From the NCBI RefSeq assembly GCF_001194135.2, contig NC_068992.1, positions 18,776,196 to 18,815,405 on the forward strand: a stretch of 39,210 nt of DNA. The letters are read 5' to 3'. Position 1 is the stretch's first letter; every line of letters begins with the position of its first letter. Under the pieces are notes generated by a model. The model saw nothing but the letters and a program-made list of their open reading frames with translations, was not told the origin of the DNA and ran no database searches. Below, piece by piece: positions 1 through 11,605 of this stretch. Source of the DNA: Octopus bimaculoides. Lineage: Eukaryota. The translations under genes and the position numbers were made by a program.

Positions 1-24
1 TATACATATACATACATACATACA

Positions 25-60
<36 letters not shown>

Positions 61-62
61 TA
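1..62. repeat. (TACA)n/(TA)n microsatellite
   Basis: Directly visible tandem TACA units grading into TA. Confidence 0.95.
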
Positions 63-1185
63 ATAACATTATACTCAAGAAAAATGTTTATCTCCAACAC
101 AAACCAAATTTTGTCGGTTTGGACTGCTGCGCTCATGACAAATTTGAAGAAATATATTATTAACAACCCTCTCGTAATTAAGAATTGGATTACTTTGGCA
201 GTCAACACTCTTTCAAACCGTTACAAAGAAAGTATGAATGAGTCATTAGATTCATTACATGTGGGTAGGATGGGTGTTAGTGTGGTATGCATTTTGCAAT
301 TAAATCGCACATGCATGTCTGACATCGTGTGAAATGTTACAGGTTTTCTATGAAGTTGAAAATGTAAAATTCACTAATGCACCATGGATAAGAAATTAAA
401 ATCATTAAAATTAATTATAAAGAATATTAATTTCTAGCAGTGTATAATTACAATGTTTGGTTATACTTTATCTGCATTTTTATTGCAATTCAAATATTTT
501 AAAGTTATAACAAATTGCATGGTAAAGTTATATAAAGCAGGAATGATCGAATATATAAACCCTGCGTCAACTTTCCCAAAATATTCCATTTTAAATTTAT
601 CATTTGAGAGATGTTAGCATAAATATGTTTTTTCATTGGTGAAATAAAATGTCTTTGAAATAATGTTAATATGGGATAAATTCCATATTATTCGAGAAAG
701 TATATGCTTTCATGAGCCCGACTAATATTATGTCTTCATCGGTAATTAGCACGTAGTTTGAAAAGTAAACAAGAAATTTTTAAAAATTATCTCGCTAGGA
801 CTTTTTTAGGAGTGCATATGTTAATAGTATACCGGATATTTGCACTGCGCGAGATTCACCTCGACATATGTCGAAAGTTAATGACACCGATTTTGATACT
901 TTCCAAAAGTACCATGTCCATCTGTGATGTCCTGTATTATTGACTCAAATAAACGAGGGAATTGTTAAGTTCTTTTGAACTCATGCTGTAGCACACTTTT
1001 CTGCCCGCCGTCCATGCAACCTCCATCACACCTAGGACCGTGTGTAATCACTCTACTGATGATGCAATTATCTCGTTTTACTTCACGTTCAGCATTTGTA
1101 CTGGGTTTCTCAGGCTTAGATTTCAACACTTATGTGTCTGCAACACCCATGGAGAATTATTTACTTCTTCCGTCTGTCTTACTTG

Positions 1186-1560
1186 TATTAGGTTCATTCC
1201 ATAAGTTTTCAGAGTGTTTAGGCTCGCTATTTATTAATATAAAAGAAATACAAACTTTAATTTCTTTCAAAGAAATCTCTTTGACTTCAACGCACCTGAT
1301 GTAGCGCTTCAGCCACGTCCTGAAGGTGCGATGGAAGTTTTCCAAAGTGAATGTATTCAGAACTCCTGTGAAGCAATCTTCAACTTCAAAATTAATGCCT
1401 CTGAGGTTCTCTTTCCGCTGGGAAAACAACCAAACGTTATAGGAAGAGAGTTTTGAACAGTAAGGGAGGATGAGGAACAGTTTTGATACTCACCTCTGCC
1501 GGGTAGAGTGTTACTAGAGATGCTCGTCACCGAAAACTCTGGGAACAAACTTGACACAAA
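1186..1560 (-). mobile_element. Degenerate mariner (Tc1/mariner) element, 3' part with one TIR
   Basis: Minus-strand translation across frameshifts gives SISVTLYPAEVSIKTVPHPP..KLSSYNVWLFSQRKENLRG..FHRTFRTWLKRYIRCVEV, matching the mariner C-terminus (IKTVPHPPYSPDLAPCDFWLFPKLKENLRG..W.KR..KC). A TIR-like end TATTAGGTTCATTCCATAAGTTTTCAGA starts at about 1186 with TA. The other TIR was not found. Confidence 0.75.
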
Positions 1561-1931
1561 TATTGTGCATATTCAAATATTCATGAACAATTGTTCATGA
1601 AGCTCAGTTGAAACAATAATTCCAAACCATATGTCTTTATAGATACATAAATATCTTTATCCTGAAAATTGCTAATTTTCTCAACAAGCTATAATAATCT
1701 GAGGTGTTTCTCCATCCTACACCTCTCATTGCGTCTCACCTCTACTCTGCCCTTCTTAGACTTCATGCGCCAACGAGAATTTAATACATAATCAATCAGT
1801 AGTATTTCATAAGATTCTGGAGCGTTTTTGTCCTGTTCAATACAAGACTTTGTTGGATAACAATCTTCCAAATGTCCGACAGAATTCTGCAAACAAGGCA
1901 GCTGTGACAAACCGTGTTCGGTAGGATGTGT

Positions 1932-1962
1932 TCAAAGTGATGTTACAGCCGTCTCCTTTAAT
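1932..1962 (-). CDS. Candidate terminal coding exon (R)LKETAVTSL* of an unknown gene
   Basis: Acceptor cttttgtaattccag; phase 2 matches the candidate exon 2189-2243; in-frame TGA at 1934-1932. No homology recognised. Confidence 0.25.
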
Positions 1963-2188
1963 CTGGAATTACAAAAGTTGGCAGGTCAATGTATGATAAC
2001 AATATACTAAAATTACAATTTACTTCCTTATCTATATTCATTACGTCATATATCATGATATTGAACAATATATGACAGACGGTAGTCACTTAAAAATATA
2101 ACAGTACATCGACTACAAGTATTATACCTAGTTTCCGAATAATGCCCATTAGTAAACATTATCGATATATATCAAGTAAATAACTTAC

Positions 2189-2243
2189 CGGAAGACTAAT
2201 ATTTTCCCCATTGAATCAGTGTGCTGATACACTTTAAATACGG
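2189..2243 (-). CDS. Candidate internal exon, 55 nt (xVFKVYQHTDSMGKILVFR)
   Basis: Strong acceptor catttttcag and donor ccg|gtaagt; only one of three frames is open (phase 1 in, phase 2 out). Confidence 0.35.
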
Positions 2244-2363
2244 CTGAAAAATGAGTTTCAATACACATCTTGATAGATTATGGTATCTTGATAAGACAGC
2301 GACAGTCAATGAGAAAATATAAAGGATTAAATAATTTGAGTGCATTTTTATTTTTATTTTTAC

Positions 2364-2465
2364 CTAGCGGGCAGATAGAAGCGAGATAAATAAACGAAGA
2401 CAACGTGTCTAAACACGGAATCAAGATAATACATTCGCCGGCAGCATTTGTATGGTGGTTAGGTG
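2364..2465 (-). CDS. Candidate internal exon, 102 nt (xPNHHTNAAGECIILIPCLDTLSSFIYLASICPL)
   Basis: Acceptor aaattaaatag, donor tag|gtaaaa; single open frame, phase 1-1, compatible with the next exon across a 120-nt intron; GC richer than flanks. Confidence 0.3.
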
Positions 2466-2534
2466 CTATTTAATTTGTAATTCATCACATTGCTTTTCTT
2501 CGGGCAATGCGTGTGTATGGCTATCTATGAATAT

Positions 2535-2587
2535 TATATGTGTGTATATATACACATATATACATCTATACATCTATACATATATAC

Positions 2588-2628
<41 letters not shown>

Positions 2629-3166
2629 NNNNNNNNNNNNNNNNNNNNNNNNNNNNNNNNNNNNNNNNNNNNNNNNNNNNNNNNNNNNNNNNNNNNNNNN
2701 NNNNNNNNNNNNNNNNNNNNNNNNNNNNNNNNNNNNNNNNNNNNNNNNNNNNNNNNNNNNNNNNNNNNNNNNNNNNNNNNNNNNNNNNNNNNNNNNNNNN
2801 NNNNNNNNNNNNNNNNNNNNNNNNNNNNNNNNNNNNNNNNNNNNNNNNNNNNNNNNNNNNNNNNNNNNNNNNNNNNNNNNNNNNNNNNNNNNNNNNNNNN
2901 NNNNNNNNNNNNNNNNNNNNNNNNNNNNNNNNNNNNNNNNNNNNNNNNNNNNNNNNNNNNNNNNNNNNNNNNNNNNNNNNNNNNNNNNNNNNNNNNNNNN
3001 NNNNNNNNNNNNNNNNNNNNNNNNNNNNNNNNNNNNNNNNNNNNNNNNNNNNNNNNNNNNNNNNNNNNNNNNNNNNNNNNNNNNNNNNNNNNNNNNNNNN
3101 NNNNNNNNNNNNNNNNNNNNNNNNNNNNNNNNNNNNNNNNNNNNNNNNATATATATATATATATAC
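2535..3166. repeat. (TA)n microsatellite flanking an assembly gap (N 2629-3148)
   Basis: TA runs on both sides of the N block. Confidence 0.95.
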
Positions 3167-3697
3167 ACTGTTGGCCCAAAGTCACCTGGCAAGTAAATCA
3201 AAATCCATTTAATTCCAAGATTAAAGCAACAAATTATTTTATATGAGATTTCACTAAGAAATAGACAAACGTTGAAAAAAAAAGACCCCAACAAAAAACA
3301 AACCAGAAAAAGTAATTTTAACTCACAGCATTCAATTATTAAACATGGATAATTGGAATGGATAAATAAAATGACATTAAGCACTTATGGAATTTTGATT
3401 TACTGTCGGTTGACTTTTGGCCAATCCTGTATATACGTAAAATTTACGTTAGTCCAAATATGTCTGTGACGTACTCTATATTTTAAAGGTAATTTCACAA
3501 CAGTTTGGCGTTTTTTCGGTTAGGGTGGTAAGTGTAAAAATAACTTAACTTCTCAGTGTTGCCCTCTATTGAACTAATAGCCGTGTGTCTGGTTCCTTGT
3601 CCATCCCCAGTTGGAGATACCCAAGTGAGATATCCTTGGATAGATTAGAAAGCCGTGGCTTTATAATAGAACTGTCAACGGGTATAAAGGAGACAAA

Positions 3698-3912
3698 CTA
3701 GGCGAATCGTTAGCTTGCCGGGCGAAATGCTTAGCGGTATTTCGTCTGCCGCTACGTTCTCAGTTCAAATTCCGCCAAGGTCAGCTTTGCCTTTCATCCT
3801 TCGGGGTCGATAAATTAAGTGCCCATGAAACACTGCGGACGATGTTATCGACTTACCCCATCCCGCAAAATGTCTGCCCTTGTGACAAAATTTGAAATAA
3901 TAATAATAATAA
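3698..3912 (+). mobile_element. tRNA-derived SINE, family 1 (Meta-like core), tail type C
   Basis: Head GAATCGTTAGC..GGGCGAAATGCTTAGCGGTATTTCG, B-box-like GTTCAAATTCC, core GCCTTTCATCCTTCGGGGTCGATAAATTAAGT, tail CCCTTGTGACAAAATTTGAAA(TAA)n; homologous to about 10 other copies in the window. Confidence 0.9.
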
Positions 3913-3934
3913 ATGGCTTTAAATTTTTGCCACA

Positions 3935-5070
3935 AGAGCAGCATCTCATTCAAACAGTGGCCTTAGCTTGTAGTGCACTGAGGCAGATATTTTCACAAAC
4001 ATATAGAAGGCTTCAGGATTCATATTGATATTTTCCATCACCTTGGGTTGTTTGTCTACTCTTACCTTTCCGTGGACGAGTCTCAGTTTATTTGCATTCT
4101 CTAAGAGTACCTCTTAGAGGAGGGGTTTCTCGCTGTCATTATGTTGTTCATTTAAGGGACCTGAAATCTTTATTCTCGTTCTCATAAAGACTCTCCTGTC
4201 TCGGAGAATGATGTTTTTGCATGTAATGGCTCTCTACTTTGGGAAAAATCCGATGCATATGGTTCGCATTATTGTCCTTAATTCTTTAAGTTTCACATGT
4301 CTAGCATATGGAGATTTTGAAGCCATTTTCGCCGGAGTATCTATTTTTCAATTAAATTCGAGTCAGCTTTGTTGAAGTTCAGACTTGATAGGTTTTGGGT
4401 GTCAACTTTGTGGAATACGTCTTTAATAAGATTGGATCATATATCGTCAGTTCAATTATGTTGCGTTTTGAGAAGATTGTCGGTGTAATCCTAACATGGT
4501 TGGTAAGATCCACATTTTCTCGAAGCAGAGGACTAAGTTGTTGTTGTATCCGGTTTGAAACAGTATGGTTTGCTTCATAATACAACATTATGAGGTATTC
4601 CAGCCGTCTGATGTTCGAGATGTTGAAGTCACTCATCAGAATTACAATAATTGATTGATCTACTTTTGTTAGTACTTTATTTATCATTGTAAGGCGATAC
4701 TAAAATGTGCCGTCGTTATTTGAGGCATCGGGTGAACGATATAAATTACACGTTGCCACATCAAATTCCTTTAAATGTACAATGAGCGTGTCAGAGACCG
4801 AGTACTGAATGTGGCAACAGGCCTAAGGGTGTAATATTGTTTATATACAACGCAACTCTACTGTCAGTTCTTCCCATATGTCTCTCCGGAATATCGCATA
4901 TATTGGTATGTTTATCCCTGCATCATATATATCTGCAGAGACATATGTGTCTCTCGTAAGTGCAATGCATATTGCTTGATTGGATGAAGAAAAATCCTTA
5001 AGGTGTTCAATATTGCGCTTACTGCAAACATTTCTAAGACCAGTCATGTGACTATCCTCTACCAATCAAA
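3935..5070 (-). mobile_element. Degenerate LINE ORF2 remnant: APE endonuclease plus linker (CR1/L2-like); RT absent
   Basis: Minus-strand peptides TGLRNVCSKRNIEHLKD..ICIALTRDTYVSADIYDAGINIPIYAIFRRD (APE N-terminus), ILMSDFNISNI (GDFN motif), HVRITPT..NIIELTI, and MENINMNPEAFYMFVK..LRPL (post-EN linker); multiple stops and frameshifts. Confidence 0.8.
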
Positions 5071-5302
5071 TCCTATTCAAATCATATATTAATTTGAACC
5101 AGGAACTCCCTATAAAAATAAGGCAAGCTCCATATAAAAACAGGGCAAACTTCAAACACTACTAAGCTACGAGACACCTGTAACATAAGCTACGTCATTC
5201 TATTTCAAATTTTTTAAAATCAGTGTAATCTCTAATACCGGTTAAATCTTGAAATATAATAATAAAAAATATTCTCAGTGCATTTTCAACTTCTATTTTT
5301 CT

Positions 5303-5304
<2 letters not shown>

Positions 5305-5345
<41 letters not shown>

Positions 5346-5380
5346 NNNNNNNNNNATATATATATATGTATATGTATATA
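5305..5380. repeat. (TA)n microsatellite with a 10-N gap
   Basis: Visible; lies at the tail of the adjacent family-2 SINE. Confidence 0.9.
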
Positions 5381-5522
5381 TGTACGACAGGATTCTTTAA
5401 GTTTCAGTCTACAATATCCACTCACAAGTTTCTGGTCAACCCGGGCCCATAGTAGAAGACACTTGCCCAACGTACCACGCAGAAGGACTAAACCTGGAAT
5501 CATGTGCTTGGGAAGCAATATT
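5381..5522 (-). mobile_element. tRNA-derived SINE, family 2 (CORE-like, TTGGGCAAGTGTCTT)
   Basis: Homologous to 22705-22865 and 19195-19330; plus strand reads ACGACAGGATTCTTT..CCACTCACAAG..TAGTAGAAGACACTTGCCCAA..GGACTAAACC..GGGAAGCAA. Confidence 0.8.
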
Positions 5523-5903
5523 CATTTACATCTTACAGATGTGAAGTCTAGCTCAGGGCTTAAATTGAAGATAGGGTTAATGAACTATGTTAAATCAGTT
5601 ATTATTTTCTTAAAGTCTGATATTAAGGTTTCGGGCTTTTTACTATGTTAAGCATGATAAATATAGTAATGGTTGTAATGGTGCTTAATTTGATGAATAA
5701 AATTTCCCATTTGTTGAAAGATATTGTGATGAATTTCATGTCTCAAAACGTTACTTAGTTTTTACCCAGCCTGATATATACCAACAGTATGAAGCATATA
5801 CATCACAACAGGAATGTTCTATGTTGTTTTTGTTCTGGTAAACCTTAACTTTCTCGAAACAAGAGACAACTAAATCAACTTAAAATAATCTGTTTTCCTT
5901 CAG

Positions 5904-5921
5904 AATCGGGGTACATTTTCA
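5904..5921 (+). other. Candidate 18-nt micro-exon (NRGTFS in phase 0)
   Basis: Strong acceptor tgttttccttcag and donor tca|gtgagt 18 nt apart. Confidence 0.25.
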
Positions 5922-7332
5922 GTGAGTACATATATACTCATACACACGCATACACAGCCGAATAATCTCGAGACATACAACTCGTTTTTCATTTTAATAT
6001 ATACACTATGTAATTTTCATATGACGTATTTCATATTTTATAAACAACCTCATCTCTGCGGAATTGTTGCCGACAGCTGTTTCCGTAGACGACAAGTTTT
6101 CACAGCGTAAGAACAGAGCTGGATTATTTCATTAGACACCATATATGAAGAGGAACTTTTAACTATGCAGTTACAACGGAAAAGTGGAAAAGAGTGGAAG
6201 ATTGTGAAATCAGTGAAAGAATAAACTTGATGACATTACCGTCAGGATTTACAAAAAATTAATATTCGAAGTTGTTTGTAAAAAGAATGGTTTCTCTTGT
6301 CCATGAACACCATTGCCTATAGACAGCACATAAAGGTAGAATTGTATTTTAGCAGACATTGCTAATTGCAAAGATAATATTCTATGTCTAGATTGATTAT
6401 TTCCCAATATGACAATTCTATGTACTGTATTAACTCCTGAGAGACATAAATTGAAGTGTATTTTCGATCACTAAGGGGATCTTTACATAACCAAGCAACA
6501 TTCTATGAAAGGTGTTTTATCTTCCGCAAACTATACTCTATTTGCAAAAGATACAGCTTTAAATCGTAATAAAAATGGAGGCGTTTCTAATTCAAAGGCC
6601 TTTGATCTTCTGCCTGCTTGAGTAGTGTTGGCCCCGGAATATATAATAGCGGCAACATTTTATGCACACCAATAAAAAGAAAGCTCTTCAGAGCGGTCGC
6701 TCAACTTCTAAAATTCGCAGCTAATTCTCTACTAAAATAAATGTTTCAGACAATGTATCGAAAAATGATGTAATATGTAAATTTATCATTCGCTACAATG
6801 AAGGAAACTGAGTGGGACTGCATTGTAGTCCTTAATCAACAAATTTATAGTTATACAATTTTGAATGAAATTAAATTATCTCAGAAAAATTAGAAAGATT
6901 GATATGAAAAGAAATTCCTATATATCCTCTGATAAAACCATGAGATAATCATATGAATAACACATTCGATTCATTTTATATAGAAATATATCATCAATAT
7001 GTATATTTAAAAAAAAAACGAAATTATTGTGTATATCAGATATTATTAAAGATATAGATATCAATAATAATCTGTGTAACGTATTTGTAACGTAATGAAC
7101 GAAATAATTACCCATTTCATATGATGATGCATTACATTAAGAGCAATAATACAATCGAAATATTCCATGTGATATATAATGCATGTAGACTGGTAAAAAT
7201 ATAATGTTAATCAGAATTTCGCACAGAATATGAAATAAAGTTTTCACAAAATGAAAAAATCGAGAATCTAACAAAAAATTACCCATAAAAGTATTTAAGA
7301 AAGATACAATGATTTTCTTTTTAATTATATAG

Positions 7333-7500
7333 AATGAATTAAGTTGCAAATCACAAGAAACTAATAAATACTTATGTGCAGATATAACGTATACAACGAC
7401 AAGTAGAGGATTTGAGAGACAAAGATATGAAATTGTCTTCAATAATTTGATTTGCTATAAATCGCAACCAAATCTCTCGCACCGAGACTGTAAATCGTAA
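7333..7500 (+). CDS. Candidate exon, 55 codons with 4 Cys (NELSCKSQETNKYLCADITY...HRDCKS*)
   Basis: Acceptor ttttaattatatag followed directly by a stop-free phase-0 frame ending at TAA 7498-7500. No homology recognised. Confidence 0.22.
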   Translation, partial: NELSCKSQETNKYLCADITYTTTSRGFERQRYEIVFNNLICYKSQPNLSHRDCKS

Positions 7501-7657
7501 CAATTCATAGATATACGTAGGCGCAGGTACACCTGTGTGAAGAGGATACTCGCTTTGTAACAACTACCTCTTAGGTAAATGACTTCTATTATAGCTTCAG
7601 GTCGATCAATAAACATTGAGTGAAATTGTGGACGGAAATAGAGTGGAATACCGTTGT

Positions 7658-8266
7658 GTACACACACACACACACACACACACACACCACACACGAACAC
7701 ACACACANNNNNNNNNNNNNNNNNNNNNNNNNNNNNNNNNNNNNNNNNNNNNNNNNNNNNNNNNNNNNNNNNNNNNNNNNNNNNNNNNNNNNNNNNNNNN
7801 NNNNNNNNNNNNNNNNNNNNNNNNNNNNNNNNNNNNNNNNNNNNNNNNNNNNNNNNNNNNNNNNNNNNNNNNNNNNNNNNNNNNNNNNNNNNNNNNNNNN
7901 NNNNNNNNNNNNNNNNNNNNNNNNNNNNNNNNNNNNNNNNNNNNNNNNNNNNNNNNNNNNNNNNNNNNNNNNNNNNNNNNNNNNNNNNNNNNNNNNNNNN
8001 NNNNNNNNNNNNNNNNNNNNNNNNNNNNNNNNNNNNNNNNNNNNNNNNNNNNNNNNNNNNNNNNNNNNNNNNNNNNNNNNNNNNNNNNNNNNNNNNNNNN
8101 NNNNNNNNNNNNNNNNNNNNNNNNNNNNNNNNNNNNNNNNNNNNNNNNNNNNNNNNNNNNNNNNNNNNNNNNNNNNNNNNNNNNNNNNNNNNNNNNATAC
8201 ATACATACATACATACATAAATACACACACGCACATATGAACACATACACATTCACACACATATAA
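7658..8266. repeat. (CA)n / (TACA)n microsatellites around an assembly gap (N 7708-8196)
   Basis: Directly visible. Confidence 0.95.
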
Positions 8267-8399
8267 ACAATTATTTGGGGAAGGCTTTGTGTCTCTTTTG
8301 TTTGTGTTTGTCCTTCCGGCATCGGATGACGCAATTCAGCCACTGTCACTAGATAGCAATAACAGCGTTTATCCTTTGGTTTCAAAGTTACAGCTTATC

Positions 8400-8790
8400 A
8401 GTGCATACTTCCACATTTCTCTTCTGCGAAACAAATGTTAACTGCTGAGATAACCGCATTGCATGTAATTTCCGATGCAAAAAGTCATCCATCGCCTTGA
8501 GCAATACATTGTAACAACAGTTCAGTTCTAGAGCAAGCTACGGATTGTTACCCAGCAGTCCACACGAATTAGTTTGTTCAAGAAGTGACGATTCATATTA
8601 TTTACTGCAGTTGATTGTCTCCCACTGCAATGCTTCTCGTCCTTACTACTTTGCCTTATTCAAACACCTTTATTAATCTGAACAAACTGTACTATTCTAT
8701 CGATGTCAAACAACCTAAACAGCTCCTTCGTTAAGATCTCAATGACAACAGGTTGTTTCTGCTTGGAACCTGTTCTTCTGCAATGAGGAA
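8400..8790 (-). mobile_element. Highly decayed mariner transposase remnant
   Basis: Minus-strand P*LALELNCCYNVLLKAMDDFLHRK aligns without gaps to PPYSPDLAPSDYHLFRSMQNFL.GK; weaker upstream similarity to the HDN-motif region. Confidence 0.4.
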
Positions 8791-9529
8791 GAACAGAACA
8801 TTTTGCACATATGTTAATCGTACAACAAATATTTACTGTTGCTTTATTTTCCGTATAGCCTTGTTATATACACACTCATATTGCTAGACATGTGATGTGT
8901 GTGGATATGTGAATGTTATTATATTAGTGTGCATCTGTGCTTTTATGTAGAGGGATATTCTTCACTTATGAGTGTAAGGTACCACCTGCTCTATGTAGCG
9001 AGATTTATTTCTTTAGCTTTGCGTACGACTTTTAAATCTACATATCATGCCTGAGTCAATATGTGTTTCAAAAGTATTCGTTGCGTCTAGATAGTAAGGA
9101 CAATTCTTATCACAAATAGGAAATGATTTACAGCCAGCAGTTCAATATTAATGAGGATGACATTAATTTCAAACATGTTCACTTAAAATCAACAATGTCC
9201 AGAGTTTGTTAATAACATTTCATATAAGCAACCGAGAGGCTCAGTAAGACTGATAGATGAACAAGATAAATAACGACCAAAATTATTTCGTCTCCATTTT
9301 TTTTTTATTACGAACAACGAATAAAGTGGGCAATTAAATTTTATTTCCATATAAATTTATTATTTTTGTAATAAAATTCATTTGGCAACGAATAATTTTA
9401 ATTAAAAAAAAAACTGTTTTACAAATCGTATAGAAATATATCACAACTTAAATTGCATATATTGGCATGTTTTATTATTTCAAAAACCATAAAAATCAGC
9501 GGTGAGTGCGCTATCACTGGATAAGACTG

Positions 9530-9612
9530 TGTATATATGTATGTGTGTGTGTATGTATGTATACATATATATACACACATAGATATAAAGTATAGATCTA
9601 TCTATCTATATA

Positions 9613-9654
<42 letters not shown>

Positions 9655-10530
9655 NNNNNNNNNNNNNNNNNNNNNNNNNNNNNNNNNNNNNNNNNNNNNN
9701 NNNNNNNNNNNNNNNNNNNNNNNNNNNNNNNNNNNNNNNNNNNNNNNNNNNNNNNNNNNNNNNNNNNNNNNNNNNNNNNNNNNNNNNNNNNNNNNNNNNN
9801 NNNNNNNNNNNNNNNNNNNNNNNNNNNNNNNNNNNNNNNNNNNNNNNNNNNNNNNNNNNNNNNNNNNNNNNNNNNNNNNNNNNNNNNNNNNNNNNNNNNN
9901 NNNNNNNNNNNNNNNNNNNNNNNNNNNNNNNNNNNNNNNNNNNNNNNNNNNNNNNNNNNNNNNNNNNNNNNNNNNNNNNNNNNNNNNNNNNNNNNNNTAT
10001 ATATATATATATATATATAGTACCTACCACGAATGTGAGACACATTTCTCTTAATTATCAGAACCAAGAAAACATTACCACTGAAATTTTTTCAGATGTC
10101 TTGTAATAAAGAAACTACTAGTTACACAAAGACTGATATGTACATACATACGTATGTATGTATACGTATATACGCTTATATGTATATACATATATGTGTA
10201 GATATATGTATATACGTATGCGTGCATGAGCGCGCCTGAACAAATATGTCTCCATGTCACTCTTTCAGTATGAAATTATGAATACCGTTTTGAGTTATCC
10301 GTTTATACAGACATACGTACATGCGTACATATATACATGCTCACACGCCCTTATACATACACACACGTACATACGCATACGCTCACACAAGCACACAGAC
10401 ACGGACGCACTCACACACACACATATGCATGTATGTATGTATGCATCTACCTATCTGCCTCTGTATCTATCTATTTATCTATCACACACAAACACACACA
10501 CACACACGCACACACACGCACACACATAGG
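9530..10530. repeat. Compound TA/TATG/CA microsatellite region with an assembly gap (N 9655-9997)
   Basis: Directly visible. Confidence 0.9.
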
Positions 10531-11439
10531 TATATATGTGAGTTGAAGAGCACAAGGCCGAAACTTTAAACTCACTGTCACTAGATATGTAAAATAAAGA
10601 TGACGAGCACTAAGCAGTGATATTAGTCTGCATATATTGGCACGAATAATTTACGTTTTCACTACTATAGCTTCACGCTAGGCGAGTAAAATGGTATCCT
10701 AGACTGTGCAGGAGAATCCTAAAATAGAGTTGTGGCAAACAATTTGCAAAATGTCTCAGACATTTCCAAGATTCTGCGGATTCTGTTTCTTTTTCTAACG
10801 CACGAACATGAACTTATCAAACAGCTGCAATTTCTACAGTGAGCAATTATTTATTATTTTCAATGTTTAACAGATATTCTTAGATAATTTTACCCCCACC
10901 CTACCCCCAGGTTCAGTTGTATTGGCCATTGATTCCTGGTCTGTACATTTAATTTAAGTCTGTGCTAGAAACACGATTATTAAACGCTGAATACTTTTTC
11001 CAGTCACAGTAATATTTCCAGGAGTTGGATTAATGAACTACTTAGAGAAAATTAATAAAACATGGCAAAGGGAAAAAAAAAAATTAGTTGTTGTTTAGGT
11101 TCGAGATCGGAATTAAAGCATCATCAATTAAAAGATGTCCGTACACATATTGGAATTTTTGCTTTCTTTTTGTTTCTGGTACAGTCGATGTATTCGTAGA
11201 ATCGTGAATGCATCGGAAAAATTCTTTGCAGCATTTGTTTTGACGCTTTATATCTGCTTTTAATATCATTTAGAGTTTAATTTTGTGTTTCATCATATCA
11301 AGATCCATAAAAATTTAATAGTCAAGTACTGTTACCACTAAAATAGACTAAACCTTCACATGGAATTTCTATGTTAGAAAATATTAAATAACGGTAGTTT
11401 GAGAGAATCGTTCGTTAAACATTATCTCGTGTTATCTGT

Positions 11440-11605
11440 TCCGGTTCTTGATATAGTGATTTCAAATCCCGCCGGGGTCAACTTTGCCTTTAGTCCCTCA
11501 TAGATGCAAAGTACCAATTGGAAGTACTATTTAATTACCGTGATCGATATAATCGATCCTAGCTACTCACCAAATTTGTAGCTTTCTGTCTGTTAGAAAC
11601 AATTA
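11440..11605 (+). mobile_element. Old family-1 SINE fragment
   Basis: TTCAAATCCCGCCGGGGTCAACTTTGCCTTT..AAGTACCAATT..GATCGATATAATCGA..CAAATTTGTAG..TTAGAAAC matches the family-1 core and tail. Confidence 0.65.

Noticed and set aside
1836-1962. Longer alternative frame IKGDGCNITLNTSYRTRFVTAALFAEFCRTFGRLLSNKVLY* and a possible downstream exon at 860-931
   Set aside because: Phase 0 is incompatible with the only open frame of the upstream candidate exon; no recognisable homology.
2452-3384. ORFs of 200-270 aa spanning N blocks (also 7455-8385, 9537-10106, 27848-28426)
   Set aside because: Length comes from untranslatable Ns and dinucleotide repeats.
8341-10587. Exact 15-bp direct repeat CACTGTCACTAGATA (8341 and 10573) as a possible TSD
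   Set aside because: About one such match is expected by chance in 39 kb, and the enclosed sequence is not a coherent element.
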